NCBI GenBank assembly: GCA_934476025.1
Contig: CAKSNI010000001.1
Location: forward strand, 1 to 38,506
Direction: 5' to 3'
Origin: an uncultured Eubacteriales bacterium
GTDB lineage: Bacteria > Bacillota > Clostridia > Oscillospirales > Acutalibacteraceae
Length of the DNA stretch: 38,506 nucleotides
The notes beneath the pieces are model-generated. The model saw nothing but the letters and a program-made list of their open reading frames with translations. It searched no databases and was not told the origin of the DNA. The position numbers and the translations under genes are program-made. Positions 26,501-34,625 of the stretch are shown piece after piece (positions within the stretch are counted from its first letter, which is position 1; every line of letters starts with the position of its first letter).

Positions 26501-26756
26501 CTTTTCCGCCATTTTCGTTGTAGAAAGAACTGCCCTGCCGGTATTTCGGATACCGGGAATCGGATTCCTTAACGGCTCCGTTCTGAAAGCTGTTGCTTAC
26601 CGTAAATTTACTGGGAAAACCCGGCTGATCCGACGCATAGTTGCCGGCACCGAAAAACATCTGCGACCATCTGCCGCAGGCCTGTACCCACGCTTTCTCC
26701 TTAACGGTATAAGCGGTTTCTTCCCGGAAAACACAGGGCTTCCCGTTCTGATCCAC
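23523..26756 (-). CDS. large SASA/DUF303-type carbohydrate O-acetylesterase with two InlB-type B-repeats and beta-sandwich (CBM-like) modules; body of a gene split by an in-frame TAG
   Basis: GYIFNGWYTD and GVFAGWYTD repeats, and esterase blocks IMLVIGQSNSEG and YAWNQGESN. This piece has no signal peptide. The frame is open upstream to the TAG at 26844-26846. Confidence 0.8.
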   Translation of the reverse strand: MDQNGKPCVFREETAYTVKEKAWVQACGRWSQMFFGAGNYASDQPGFPSKFTVSNSFQNGAVKESDSRYPKYRQGSSFYNENGGKGRYYTDFDISRSGMQYYEQTLRFTTAKNGDSDVFAYKKADGSGTVALDNYLGIFFSAANVSYTENGETKTSPSVIYIDSMEVYSDTCPVRVSYYDGETLLKQEITDEGAELMQAPAKQGYIFNGWYTDPLFLNHYSATTVSGRELTLYVRYIDENTKIRVTYMNGEQTLRAQDVAPNSLLWDGSDTEVGVFAGWYTDRDLTTPYASAYCKMEDLTLYGKFTRAADSFSVNNAFTGQVRTGKTWYMDGDTIRTEYANNGWNNMGAVDGKLRMGNNQTWVQNGSYLFNDQQTGELLRLSSGTTYRVTVKYTLPQLQHKNMFLYIGYGMDKADYQDITNKSLLSRNEGKMYTEAATEEQTMTWQFTAADLGSGTIPFVGIYTTCDKCLDGYDAKNMPLSYFEISSISVEKVTYDFLDFSGVSILTDEAAETAGSQAMRVFYTYKQNADGAVTVSGIDYRVVQRGILLKSTENRGTLELSQVGKNGIMGISKIGDDLNSCWSRNEETGETVFSMYVSGLEKEDTRSISFRGYVILEDGSVCYTDTVTYSVADVQAKTDAINSEPDKKERIAIMLVIGQSNSEGAGFAEEMGIVRQSGGKWQLSEEPTAAPYGAVYMSTSGAVTSLSPAFEYSTNYRTKQGGFAPAYAARWYELSGEKVVVLQLGVGSTSLAQWEKDANEQGNYKELKYNSEDRGWNTWDGYYLYKRAVNAFNETYSALSKNYEIATTFYAWNQGESNETNFDSNRYTIYNDKLYAQYYEKMHNDLMADCPQLQYGTIIAVRSCRGVSNSLNKVLSASSTMARRAQYRLSAKRDDLFTVSWLTESCDSYASFANTLPQTPEEWNGANYNLVPSFKGCNYMYSNMHYTQIRYNEMGAEAAENFYKILTSSSTFDGVAVRNANGELLVKFDVNGKGEYLLKNSGRIDTQFLQIRCEDASSTYDFTLRIDVETKTLYIDVYTDGSHPESGDSYVSEYGEINWTALNEQNVNSLNLVCRMH

Positions 26757-26843
26757 CGGAATAATCCGGCTATCGCTGTTGGCCGTTACCTTCAGTGCCG
26801 AAACGGTCTGCGGACCGTTCGGGGTGTTGACCGTGATATTTCC

Positions 26844-27083
26844 CTAACTGACCTGCGTCGTTTGGGCGTTGGCAGCCGAAACCGGGTAGAATGCCCGCCC
26901 GGCGGCATCGGTCAATTGGGTTTGCCCGGCTGCGATAGCCGGAACTTCCCCCTCGCCGAAATCAAACTTTACATAGTCATAAACCGCTTCATCGGCCGAT
27001 GCCTGCAAAGAAAAGGTTCCGGCGGAGAAGATCCCGGTCAGGAACAAGGCCGTAACGCAGATCAGGGAAATCATGTGCTTCAT
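26844..27083 (-). CDS. signal-peptide-bearing N-terminal fragment of the esterase gene (79 codons, ends at an in-frame TAG)
   Basis: MKHMISLICVTALFLTGIFSAGTFSLQASA signal peptide. It is in the same reading frame as 23523-26756. Confidence 0.7.
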   Translation of the reverse strand: MKHMISLICVTALFLTGIFSAGTFSLQASADEAVYDYVKFDFGEGEVPAIAAGQTQLTDAAGRAFYPVSAANAQTTQVS

Positions 27084-27132
27084 CGATCTTTCTCGCTCTT
27101 TTTTGGTTTATCCTCAACGGGAAACCCGTTGT

Positions 27133-29049
27133 TCAGCGCTGATCGGCTGCCGGCCGATGGGCCAGCATTTTGCGTAATGCGGCCAAATCCACCGCATTCA
27201 AAGAATTGTTGTGGTCAAAATCCACTCCGGCCGGAGAACGCCGCGGCGTTCCCTCTCCGAAACGCTCCGGGTCCACCCCCACCGGTGAACGCTGCGGCAG
27301 ACCGTTTAAGAAGTTCTTCAGACAAATCAGATCCAGTACATCAATCACGCCGTCGCCGTTGGCATCGCCGTTGAGATTTTCACTGAAGGTATAGGTACGC
27401 CCGGCCAAATGACCGAAGAAAAGGTAGTTGCCGTCGGCATCCGAAAAGACCGTTTCGGGGAAGCCCTGAATATCTACCCGGCCGTTGGTCGGATTTTCCG
27501 TCACCGTAAAGGTCAGATAGAACAGCACCCCGTCCTCCGAAATCGTGCCGTCTTTTTTCTCGGCGACAACGCAAATCTGCCCGGCAGTCGGACAGCCGGC
27601 GGTCAGATCATCCGCCAATCCGGCTTCCGCCTTGTCAAAAATCAGCGACTGCGGATCGTAGGAAACGGTCAGCTGCGCTGCCGAGAAGGTCGAAGCCGAT
27701 TCGATTCTCACCGGAATCCGCATGACCTCGCCGATCATCGCCGTAGCATCCGCCAATTCAATCCGGGCCGAAGAAACCGGAATCGTTTGTTTCGCCGTGC
27801 TTTCGCCGCAAACCGTGCAGAAGGTTTCCCCCTGCCCCTCGGTAGAGGCCGTCGGAGCCTTCAGCACCCGATAGGCCGTTTTCGCGTGGGGCGTTTTGGG
27901 CTGCGTTTTGGATTCCATAACCGCCGAACAGTCACGGCAGTAGGTAATTTCCGAACCTTCCCGAGAGCAGGTGGCTTCGGTAATTACCGTTTCACCCGCA
28001 TGGTGACCGGAGGCCGGAATTTCCTTGCTTTCATCATACCGGCCACAGTTCAGGCAGACATAGGCCTGCAGGCCCGGTTTGGTACAGGTGGGATATTCCA
28101 CCGTCGCCCACCCGTAAACATGACCGGTTCCCTCAAACTGCTTGGTTTCCAGCGAGGCGTGACAAATCGTGCAAAGACGGGAGGACACCCCACCGGTGGT
28201 GCAATCGGACGGAGTAGTGACCGTCCACACCCCCTTGTCATGGCCGTGGGGCGCAACCGTCCGGCGGCCGACATAGCCGCAGACCTTGCAGGTACGCGCA
28301 TCATAGCCCGGGGTGGTACAGCCGGGATCCACCTCCCGGGTATATTCGCCGTAGACATGGCCGAGCGAAGAAATTTTTTCGGTTTTCAGCACCTTTTGGC
28401 ACACCCCGCACAACAAAGACCGAACCCCTTCGTGTTCGCAGTCGGGCTGTTCGGTAATCACCCAGGCGCCCTCCACATGGTCGGCCCGGCCGGTGCCGGT
28501 GGTTTTTTCCTCTCCGCAAATCGAACATTGATAATAAATGCCGCCGGCCTGTTCACAGGTCGGATCTTTCCTGCCGACATAACGGTACCGATGCTGGCAG
28601 GACACCGTTACGGTGAATTCCCGCACGCCGAGTGAAACCGCTTTGCCCTCTTCGTTGGCTACCGCCCCGGGCGTTACCGACGGGGTAAAGGAAAAGGTAC
28701 CCGAACCGATGGGCGAGAAAGAAAGCTGCGCCAGACTTTCCCCGGTCTGATTGCCGGAAAGATGCATCAGCGCAATTTGGGCGTAACCGTCATGAACCGT
28801 ATAGTCCGTTTCAAACAACGAAGACGATACTCCGGTCAGCGCCAGTTTTTCCGTCGGGTAATTCAGCCGCAGCGAAACCACGGCGACCCCGGGATTGTTT
28901 TCCATTTTCAGGGTCACTTTAAAAGGACTTCCGGCTGTAGCCGAAACACTTTCTGCCGTTAAAACAGGGGTGGCCGCCGAGAAGGCCGGAACCGCCGCAC
29001 AGGTAAGCAGCACACACAGTACAAGCCAGACGGAAAGCAATTTTTTCAT
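27133..29049 (-). CDS. secreted cohesin-like / 7x Cys3His repeat / cohesin-like / dockerin protein
   Basis: Signal peptide MKKLLSVWLVLCVLLTCAAVPAFSA. Cohesin-like blocks (FKVTLKMENNPGVAVVSLRLNYP; VMRIPVRIESASTFSAAQLTVSYDP). Seven ~39-aa Cys repeats. Dockerin loops DANGDGVIDVLD and DFDHNNSLNAVD. ATG 29049 has an AGAGG RBS. Confidence 0.8.
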   Translation of the reverse strand: MKKLLSVWLVLCVLLTCAAVPAFSAATPVLTAESVSATAGSPFKVTLKMENNPGVAVVSLRLNYPTEKLALTGVSSSLFETDYTVHDGYAQIALMHLSGNQTGESLAQLSFSPIGSGTFSFTPSVTPGAVANEEGKAVSLGVREFTVTVSCQHRYRYVGRKDPTCEQAGGIYYQCSICGEEKTTGTGRADHVEGAWVITEQPDCEHEGVRSLLCGVCQKVLKTEKISSLGHVYGEYTREVDPGCTTPGYDARTCKVCGYVGRRTVAPHGHDKGVWTVTTPSDCTTGGVSSRLCTICHASLETKQFEGTGHVYGWATVEYPTCTKPGLQAYVCLNCGRYDESKEIPASGHHAGETVITEATCSREGSEITYCRDCSAVMESKTQPKTPHAKTAYRVLKAPTASTEGQGETFCTVCGESTAKQTIPVSSARIELADATAMIGEVMRIPVRIESASTFSAAQLTVSYDPQSLIFDKAEAGLADDLTAGCPTAGQICVVAEKKDGTISEDGVLFYLTFTVTENPTNGRVDIQGFPETVFSDADGNYLFFGHLAGRTYTFSENLNGDANGDGVIDVLDLICLKNFLNGLPQRSPVGVDPERFGEGTPRRSPAGVDFDHNNSLNAVDLAALRKMLAHRPAADQR

Positions 29050-29080
29050 AGTCGGTACCTCTTTCTTTTGATACAGACTT

Positions 29081-29109
29081 ATTTTATCATATCTTTTTTT
29101 AAAAGTCAA
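29081..29109 (-). promoter_or_regulatory. candidate promoter (TTGACT-17 nt-TAAAAT, minus strand)
   Basis: Reverse complement: TTGACT at 29109-29104 and TAAAAT at 29086-29081. Confidence 0.55.
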
Positions 29110-29110
29110 C

Positions 29111-29138
29111 AAAAAACAGACCTGCTTTTGCAGATCTG
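29111..29138 (-). terminator. rho-independent terminator after the 29204-29956 gene
   Basis: The minus strand reads CAGATCTGC-AAAA-GCAGGTCTG-TTTTTTG. Confidence 0.75.
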
Positions 29139-29203
29139 TTGGACAATTTCTACCACAAGCCAAAAGGGCTTCTCCTCCCCAAAAGGCAGGGGTGCGGCAG
29201 GGG

Positions 29204-29956
29204 TTATCGGGTGGCAGTTTCCCGGTTAGCCGGGCGCAGTTCCTCCCACGGGATCATCGGATCGGAAGAATTTCCGATCGGAATTTCCGAAACCGGAAAA
29301 CTCACGGTGTCCCTCCGGCTTTTCGGAAAAACCGAATCGGCCAGGCCGGTTTGAAGGCCGCCCACCAGGCCGAAATGATGCACCGCCCGGTCAAAGCTGT
29401 AATTGCCCGAAAAAAGATCCCGGGTATCCCGAAAACGGACGGCCGCTGCCGACGCGCCGACCGACAGCACCCCGAAAAGCGCCGCCAGAAAAACCGGGGT
29501 CCACTTCGCCGGTTTGCGGATATCCCCACGGGAAACCAACAGCCAGACCCCCGGCAGCAAAAAGGCCGCCGTCAGAACCGCATCTGCCGGTTTCCAGGCA
29601 AAAATTGCCCGGTTTTCCCGCCACAAAGCAAGCAATTGATGCGGAGTCGGAAAAAAGCCGCAATGACGGTGAAAAAAAGCGGTCGCCGAAAACAAAGCGG
29701 CTGCCGAAAAGCCGATCAACCCCGAAACCGCCTTTTGAACCCGGGGAAGAGGAATCAATGCCATCAAAAAGCCGATCAGGCAAAGGTTCGCCAGACAGCA
29801 AAGCAACAGCAGCCCGATACTCCCGAAGGAAACTTCGGCCGGAAAACAGCCCTGCAGCAGAATTTCGTTCCATAAAAGCCAAAAAACCAGCACCGCAAAG
29901 GCCGGAGCTTTTCGCAGGATGCCCCAAAGGCGGAACGATGGTTTTTTCGGCTGCAT
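29204..29956 (-). CDS. polytopic membrane protein of unknown function (possibly the N-terminal membrane module of an LtaS/sulfatase-type enzyme without its catalytic domain)
   Basis: About five hydrophobic helices followed by a short soluble tail, with no recognisable catalytic motif. ATG 29956 (MQPKK) or 29980. Confidence 0.5.
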   Translation of the reverse strand: MQPKKPSFRLWGILRKAPAFAVLVFWLLWNEILLQGCFPAEVSFGSIGLLLLCCLANLCLIGFLMALIPLPRVQKAVSGLIGFSAAALFSATAFFHRHCGFFPTPHQLLALWRENRAIFAWKPADAVLTAAFLLPGVWLLVSRGDIRKPAKWTPVFLAALFGVLSVGASAAAVRFRDTRDLFSGNYSFDRAVHHFGLVGGLQTGLADSVFPKSRRDTVSFPVSEIPIGNSSDPMIPWEELRPANRETATR

Positions 29957-30223
29957 GGCGGATTCCTCCCTTCGGTGCATTCAAAAGCGTGCCGGCAAAA
30001 CCGCCGGTTTTCCTTTTATTATAACGGGCAATGCCGCTTTTTGCAACCCCGAAGTGCCCGGACGGGCAAAACCGGCAAAGAAAGTTCTTTTGCTGCAAAG
30101 ATTTCCTCTTTGCGCCGGATGGTCCCGGGATGTCTGTCATAAAGGAACCGTTTTTTTCATAGGATGAAGCAAAAGAAACCGGTAAAAAATTTTCGGCACT
30201 CAAAAAAAGAAGGGTTGATCAGA

Positions 30224-31141
30224 ATGAAAGAATTTTTCCCCGAAGGCACCCATTTTTCCCGGGCGGAAGGAGCCCGGGAAATTCCCCACGCCACGCTGCT
30301 CCAGGCGATGGAAACCGGCGCGATTTTGCAGGCTCCGGTACTTTCCTGCAACGAGAACCACGATTTAACGGTGGATCTCGGCTGCATGAAGGGCATCATT
30401 CCCCGAACAGAGGGGGCCATCGGCATACGGGAAGGCACCGTTCGGGATATCGCCGTGATTTCCTGCGTGGGAAAGCCGGTTTGTTTTTGCGTCACCGGAT
30501 TCGGCACCGACCCTGCCGGACGGCCGCTCGCCCAGCTCTCCCGTCGGGCGGCACAGGAAAAATACCGAGCCTTTTTTAGGGAAACAGTTCGCCCCGGCGA
30601 TGTTCTGCCGGCCCGGGTGACCCATCTTGAAAGTTTTGGGGCTTTTTGCGATATCGGCTGCGGTCTGATCGCCCTGATGCCGATTGACGCTATTTCGGTT
30701 TCCCGGATTTCTTCCCCAAAAGACCGCTTTTGCGTGGGGCAGGAAATCCGGGTGGTGGTGCGCCAAATTGCCGAGGACGGAAAAATCACCGTTTCGCAAA
30801 AAGAACTGCTGGGCACCTGGGAGGAAAATGCCGCCCTGTTTTCACCCCGGCAAACCGTTTCCGGCATCATCCGCTCGGTGGAGGAATACGGCGTTTTTGT
30901 GGAACTCACCCCCAATCTTGCCGGGTTGGCGGAGCCCAAAGAGGGGGTCCGGGTCGGTCAGGTGGCCGGCGTATACATCAAAAGTATTCTGCCGGAAAAA
31001 ATGAAAATCAAACTCATTATCATCGACAGCTTTTTCGGCGATTACCGGCCGGATCTCACCTATTTTTTCACCGGCAATCATCTGGATCGCTTTGATTATT
31101 CCCCGGCACAGTGCCCCCGAAAAATTTCCACTGTTTTTTAA
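30224..31141 (+). CDS. S1 RNA-binding domain protein (tandem S1/OB folds)
   Basis: S1-like blocks PGDVLPARVTHLESFGAFCDIGCGLIALMP and QTVSGIIRSVEEYGVFVELTPNLAGL. The start is uncertain (30164 or 30224). Confidence 0.75.
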   Translation: MKEFFPEGTHFSRAEGAREIPHATLLQAMETGAILQAPVLSCNENHDLTVDLGCMKGIIPRTEGAIGIREGTVRDIAVISCVGKPVCFCVTGFGTDPAGRPLAQLSRRAAQEKYRAFFRETVRPGDVLPARVTHLESFGAFCDIGCGLIALMPIDAISVSRISSPKDRFCVGQEIRVVVRQIAEDGKITVSQKELLGTWEENAALFSPRQTVSGIIRSVEEYGVFVELTPNLAGLAEPKEGVRVGQVAGVYIKSILPEKMKIKLIIIDSFFGDYRPDLTYFFTGNHLDRFDYSPAQCPRKISTVF

Positions 31142-31330
31142 CACGGCCGCTCTTTTCAATTCCCCCCGGCTTCAATGTGCCGGGGGGATTCGGTCGACAC
31201 GCTCTCTGCAGGAATGCCGCCGGCCGTCTTTTCTGGCAACACCCGTCGGCTGTCAGGCTCCGTAAAAACTGCCCCGGCGGCCCGAAAGGCCGCCGATAAG
31301 TGTTCCCGTTTTTTTCGAAGAAGGGCCTGC

Positions 31331-31359
31331 AAAAGCAAAAAATGCGGCGTTTCCGCCGC
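31331..31359 (-). terminator. rho-independent terminator (minus strand)
   Basis: The minus strand reads GCGGCG-GAAA-CGCCGC-ATTTTTTGCTTTTGC. Confidence 0.75.
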
Positions 31360-31380
31360 AAATACCCATTTTGGGTTCCT

Positions 31381-31417
31381 AAACAGACACCCCGACACAA
31401 CTGTGCCGGGGTGTCTG
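31381..31417 (-). terminator. 11-bp hairpin directly after the 1009-aa gene (minus strand), with a short T tail
   Basis: CAGACACCCCG...CGGGGTGTCTG followed by TTT. Confidence 0.55.
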
Positions 31418-31440
31418 CATGAAAGGAGTAACCGAATCAA

Positions 31441-34400
31441 TTAGTTTTTCGGGCCAAGAATCGTTTCGGGGATACCGGCCAGGTATTTTTTGAGAATCGC
31501 CAGGTCATCGGTATCAATATTTCCGTTGCCGTTGCAATCCGCGCCCGGATGAACTTCATCTTTGCCAACCAGACCGGCCAGCCGTTTTTTGAGCAGCGCC
31601 AGGTCGGTGGAATCGATGATGGTATCGCCGTTGACATCGCCATACGTAAAGGCGGTGACATCCAGCTCGCCGCCGACTACTTCACAATCGGTGATGCTGA
31701 CCATATCAATATCGCCGGCATCCACAAATTTCAGGGTGAACTGTTTCTTGCCGCTGACGGTGCCCGGATTGAAGTAAGCAGTTCCGACAATGCCGGAAAG
31801 CGTAACGCCTGCGCTCTTGTCAACAGAATCCAACAGGACCTGCAGCCCTTTCTGGTCGCCCTTCAGAACATCCTGAGTCAGAACGAACAGATTTTCAAAT
31901 GCCTTATCCAGTACAAAGCTGTCGGCTTCCAGGCCGTCAGCGCTGAGGATCTGGAAACGGAGGCCTGCCACATTGCCGCCTTCGCTGATATCCAGACGAA
32001 TCGGAACGGCAATCTTTCCGCCGGGTACCGGCTGATTCGGCCCGGTAACCTTCAGGGAAATGGTGGTTTTTTCGACAATTTTTACGGTAAAGGTATCGGT
32101 CAGTTTGCCGACGGTTACCGTAATGGTCTTTTCACCGGCCGAAGAAGAATCGAAGCCGGTGATGGCATCTCTGTAATCGGCCAGATCTTTGACTTCACGC
32201 GTATCGTTGTCATAGGTCAGGGTGACGCTGCCGCCGGTCAGATCCAGATCGCCGCCGATGGCATAGGCTTTCTTCTGCGGAGCCGTAACGGTAATTCCGG
32301 TCAGTTTCTTGGCACGGATGGTTACGGTGTATTCCGCGGTAAAGCCTTCGTACGATACGGTCAGCTTCTGTTCGCCCGGAAGGGTGTTGTTAAAGCCGGT
32401 CACCATTTCGTTGGTCAGTGCCACGGTGGTGGTATCGCCGTCGTTATAGGTAACGGTGAGTTCGCCGCCTTCTGTGTTCAGGGTATCTTTGCCTTCCAGA
32501 TATTCCTTCACGGTCGGTTCGGTGGTAAGTTCCACCTTGGTAATCTTTTTCTCTTCGATCGAAATATCAAAGGTTCCTTCGTAGGAGCCGTATTTCACGG
32601 TCAGAGTCTGTTTTTCGGTTGCTTTAGAAGAATCGAATCCGGAAATCATATCTTCCGTCATAGCGATTTCGTCTTGGGGATCGTCAGCATAGTTGACAAT
32701 CAGCTTTCCGCCGGTGAGATCCAGTTCCTGACCCACCACATACTGGGTTTTGGTCGGATTCGAGCCGAGGCTGATGCCGGTGATTTCCTTCACCGTAACA
32801 TCATCGAACCAGATGTTGATTTCTTTGCCTTCGGTGCCCTGGAAGTTGGTTTGCAGATTGGAAAGGAGAGAGAGGTACTTGGCGTTATCCTTCAGTTCCC
32901 CGGTGGTAATATCCACTTCGGCATAGGTCCAGTCAGGGTTGGATTCCGAAACCGTGACGGCCGAATCATTATACCGTACGAAGGTATCGGGGAACCACAT
33001 ATTGGTACCCATGGTAACCGGGGTGATGGCAACCTCACCGTCCATCTGGCCGGTTTTGTACCAGAAGCCGATGCGATAGGTCTTATTGCTTTCCACCTGT
33101 TCAATCGGCAGGGTGAAATCTTGCATGCCAACCCGGCCGTCTTCCACGGCATCCGCGCTCGTCCAGGTAAACTTCATGGATTTGCTGCCGGTTTTGGCGG
33201 TGGTGTTATCCAGCGTATACTTCGGGCAGAAGAAGAACTTTGTCGAGTCCAGGGTGCATCCGCCGTCGCCGTCGAACATCGGGTAAGCGTAATTTTCAAA
33301 GGAAGTTCCTTTTTTCCATTTGGCGTAATAGGTGCCGCCCTGTTCAATGCCTTCGGCTTTGGTTGTCAATTCAGGGTCGGTATACAGGCCTTCCAGATCA
33401 TAGCCAACACGGTAAACCGGCAGATTGCCGATTTCGCTGGCCCGAATCGATACTCTCTGTGGTGCATCGGTTCCGGCAAAGGGAACCTTTTTCACGGTAG
33501 AACCGCCGTTCGGGTAAAGCGTAAAGGAAACATACTGGCCAAGGTACTGAACCGCAACCGATTTTACCAATACTTTGCTGTACTCGGCAAATTCGCCATT
33601 TTCATCCAGTTTGGCCCCGCCACAATAGGTGAAAACACCAATCACCGGTTCCGCACCGTTCAGATCAATGGCATCCACCGTGCAGGTATAGGTCTGATCG
33701 GTAGCATAGGTGGTTCCACCCGCGATATTCTTGGAACTGGCTTTCACAAAGTTATTTCCGGCCGGGTCCAATATCTCCCCGGCATTGCGTTTCACGCCAA
33801 CCCCGGCGCTTACCATAACGCCGCTGAAATTTTCCGGAACCTGATAAACAACCGAGATTTTGTACCGGCCGTTTTCACGAACACGAACCACCGCGCCATC
33901 ATCGTCTTTCAGCAGCAAAACCCCGGAAGCCGCCCAGGTGCTGGTTTTTTCGGCATTGCGGCCGTTGGACAGGAAGAGCGCGCCGTTTTCGTCAGTGCCC
34001 TGATAGCTCCACCCGTTGCTGTATGCAGCTGAGAAGTACGCATCCGCATCCCCATAGGCGTAGGGAGCAAGCCCGCCGGTCAGCTGCGTGCCGGAGCGGG
34101 TGAGAGAATCCGCCACACCGATATCCTGATATTTGGCATACAAATCGGCATTGTCAGTAAAGGTCAGGCTGCCGTTGTTGCCCCAGTACAGATTTTTGCA
34201 TCCCGGATCGCTGAACCAACCGACAAAATACTTACCTTCCGGTACTACTTCCGGCATCGGCGGAACAGCCGATTTCACCTGTTTGGTGGTAGCGTTGCTT
34301 TCGCCGTAATGCAGGGTAAGAACCGGCACATTATCTTCGGCGGTAATGGCATACTTCTTTCCCAGTGTGGGCTGCCAGCTGTTTTCGCCTTCGGCCGATA

Positions 34401-34470
34401 CCGACATCGGTACGATCATCGCCGTCAAAACGAGAGCAACCGCCAGCACAATGCTTAACAGTTTTTTCAT
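31441..34470 (-). CDS. 1009-aa secreted multi-module protein: B-repeats, CBM-like beta-sandwiches, 3x Big_3-like Ig repeats, cohesin-like module, type I dockerin
   Basis: Signal peptide MKKLLSIVLAVALVLTAMIVPMSVSA. B-repeats GKYFVGWFSDP and VGYDLEGLYTDP. Three ~80-aa repeats (G-x-LDLTGG-x-L...ITGFDSS...TLTV). Cohesin-like KIAVPIRLDISEGGNVAGLRFQILS. Dockerin DVNGDTIIDSTD / DCNGNGNIDTDD. GGAG RBS before ATG 34470. Confidence 0.85.
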   Translation of the reverse strand: MKKLLSIVLAVALVLTAMIVPMSVSAEGENSWQPTLGKKYAITAEDNVPVLTLHYGESNATTKQVKSAVPPMPEVVPEGKYFVGWFSDPGCKNLYWGNNGSLTFTDNADLYAKYQDIGVADSLTRSGTQLTGGLAPYAYGDADAYFSAAYSNGWSYQGTDENGALFLSNGRNAEKTSTWAASGVLLLKDDDGAVVRVRENGRYKISVVYQVPENFSGVMVSAGVGVKRNAGEILDPAGNNFVKASSKNIAGGTTYATDQTYTCTVDAIDLNGAEPVIGVFTYCGGAKLDENGEFAEYSKVLVKSVAVQYLGQYVSFTLYPNGGSTVKKVPFAGTDAPQRVSIRASEIGNLPVYRVGYDLEGLYTDPELTTKAEGIEQGGTYYAKWKKGTSFENYAYPMFDGDGGCTLDSTKFFFCPKYTLDNTTAKTGSKSMKFTWTSADAVEDGRVGMQDFTLPIEQVESNKTYRIGFWYKTGQMDGEVAITPVTMGTNMWFPDTFVRYNDSAVTVSESNPDWTYAEVDITTGELKDNAKYLSLLSNLQTNFQGTEGKEINIWFDDVTVKEITGISLGSNPTKTQYVVGQELDLTGGKLIVNYADDPQDEIAMTEDMISGFDSSKATEKQTLTVKYGSYEGTFDISIEEKKITKVELTTEPTVKEYLEGKDTLNTEGGELTVTYNDGDTTTVALTNEMVTGFNNTLPGEQKLTVSYEGFTAEYTVTIRAKKLTGITVTAPQKKAYAIGGDLDLTGGSVTLTYDNDTREVKDLADYRDAITGFDSSSAGEKTITVTVGKLTDTFTVKIVEKTTISLKVTGPNQPVPGGKIAVPIRLDISEGGNVAGLRFQILSADGLEADSFVLDKAFENLFVLTQDVLKGDQKGLQVLLDSVDKSAGVTLSGIVGTAYFNPGTVSGKKQFTLKFVDAGDIDMVSITDCEVVGGELDVTAFTYGDVNGDTIIDSTDLALLKKRLAGLVGKDEVHPGADCNGNGNIDTDDLAILKKYLAGIPETILGPKN

Positions 34471-34501
34471 GTTTGAAGATCTCCTTTCAAGATTTACCTT
34501 T

Positions 34502-34530
34502 AGTTTAGCACACGATTGTACAAAAATCAA
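34502..34530 (-). promoter_or_regulatory. candidate promoter (TTGATT-17 nt-TAAACT, minus strand) for the 1009-aa gene
   Basis: Reverse complement: TTGATT at 34530-34525 and TAAACT at 34507-34502. The spacer contains a TTGTACAA palindrome. Confidence 0.5.
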
Positions 34531-34625
34531 TAGAAAATTAACGATCATATACAAATTTTATTTCGTTTTTCACAAAGAAATTCTATTTTGTACAAATTCC
34601 CGGCATAGTTTTTGGCGATTTTATC

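Noticed and set aside
26844-26846. In-frame TAG read as pyrrolysine
   Set aside because: There are no pyl genes or methylamine methyltransferase context in the window. A nonsense mutation or sequence error is the more economical explanation. It is kept as a finding, but not as recoding.
12856-34470. Genomic island or mobile element interpretation of the surface-protein clusters
   Set aside because: There is no integrase, transposase, tRNA attachment site or flanking long direct repeats in the window. Housekeeping genes (uvrB, the sugar operon) are interspersed. A possible slightly lower GC in these genes was not quantified.
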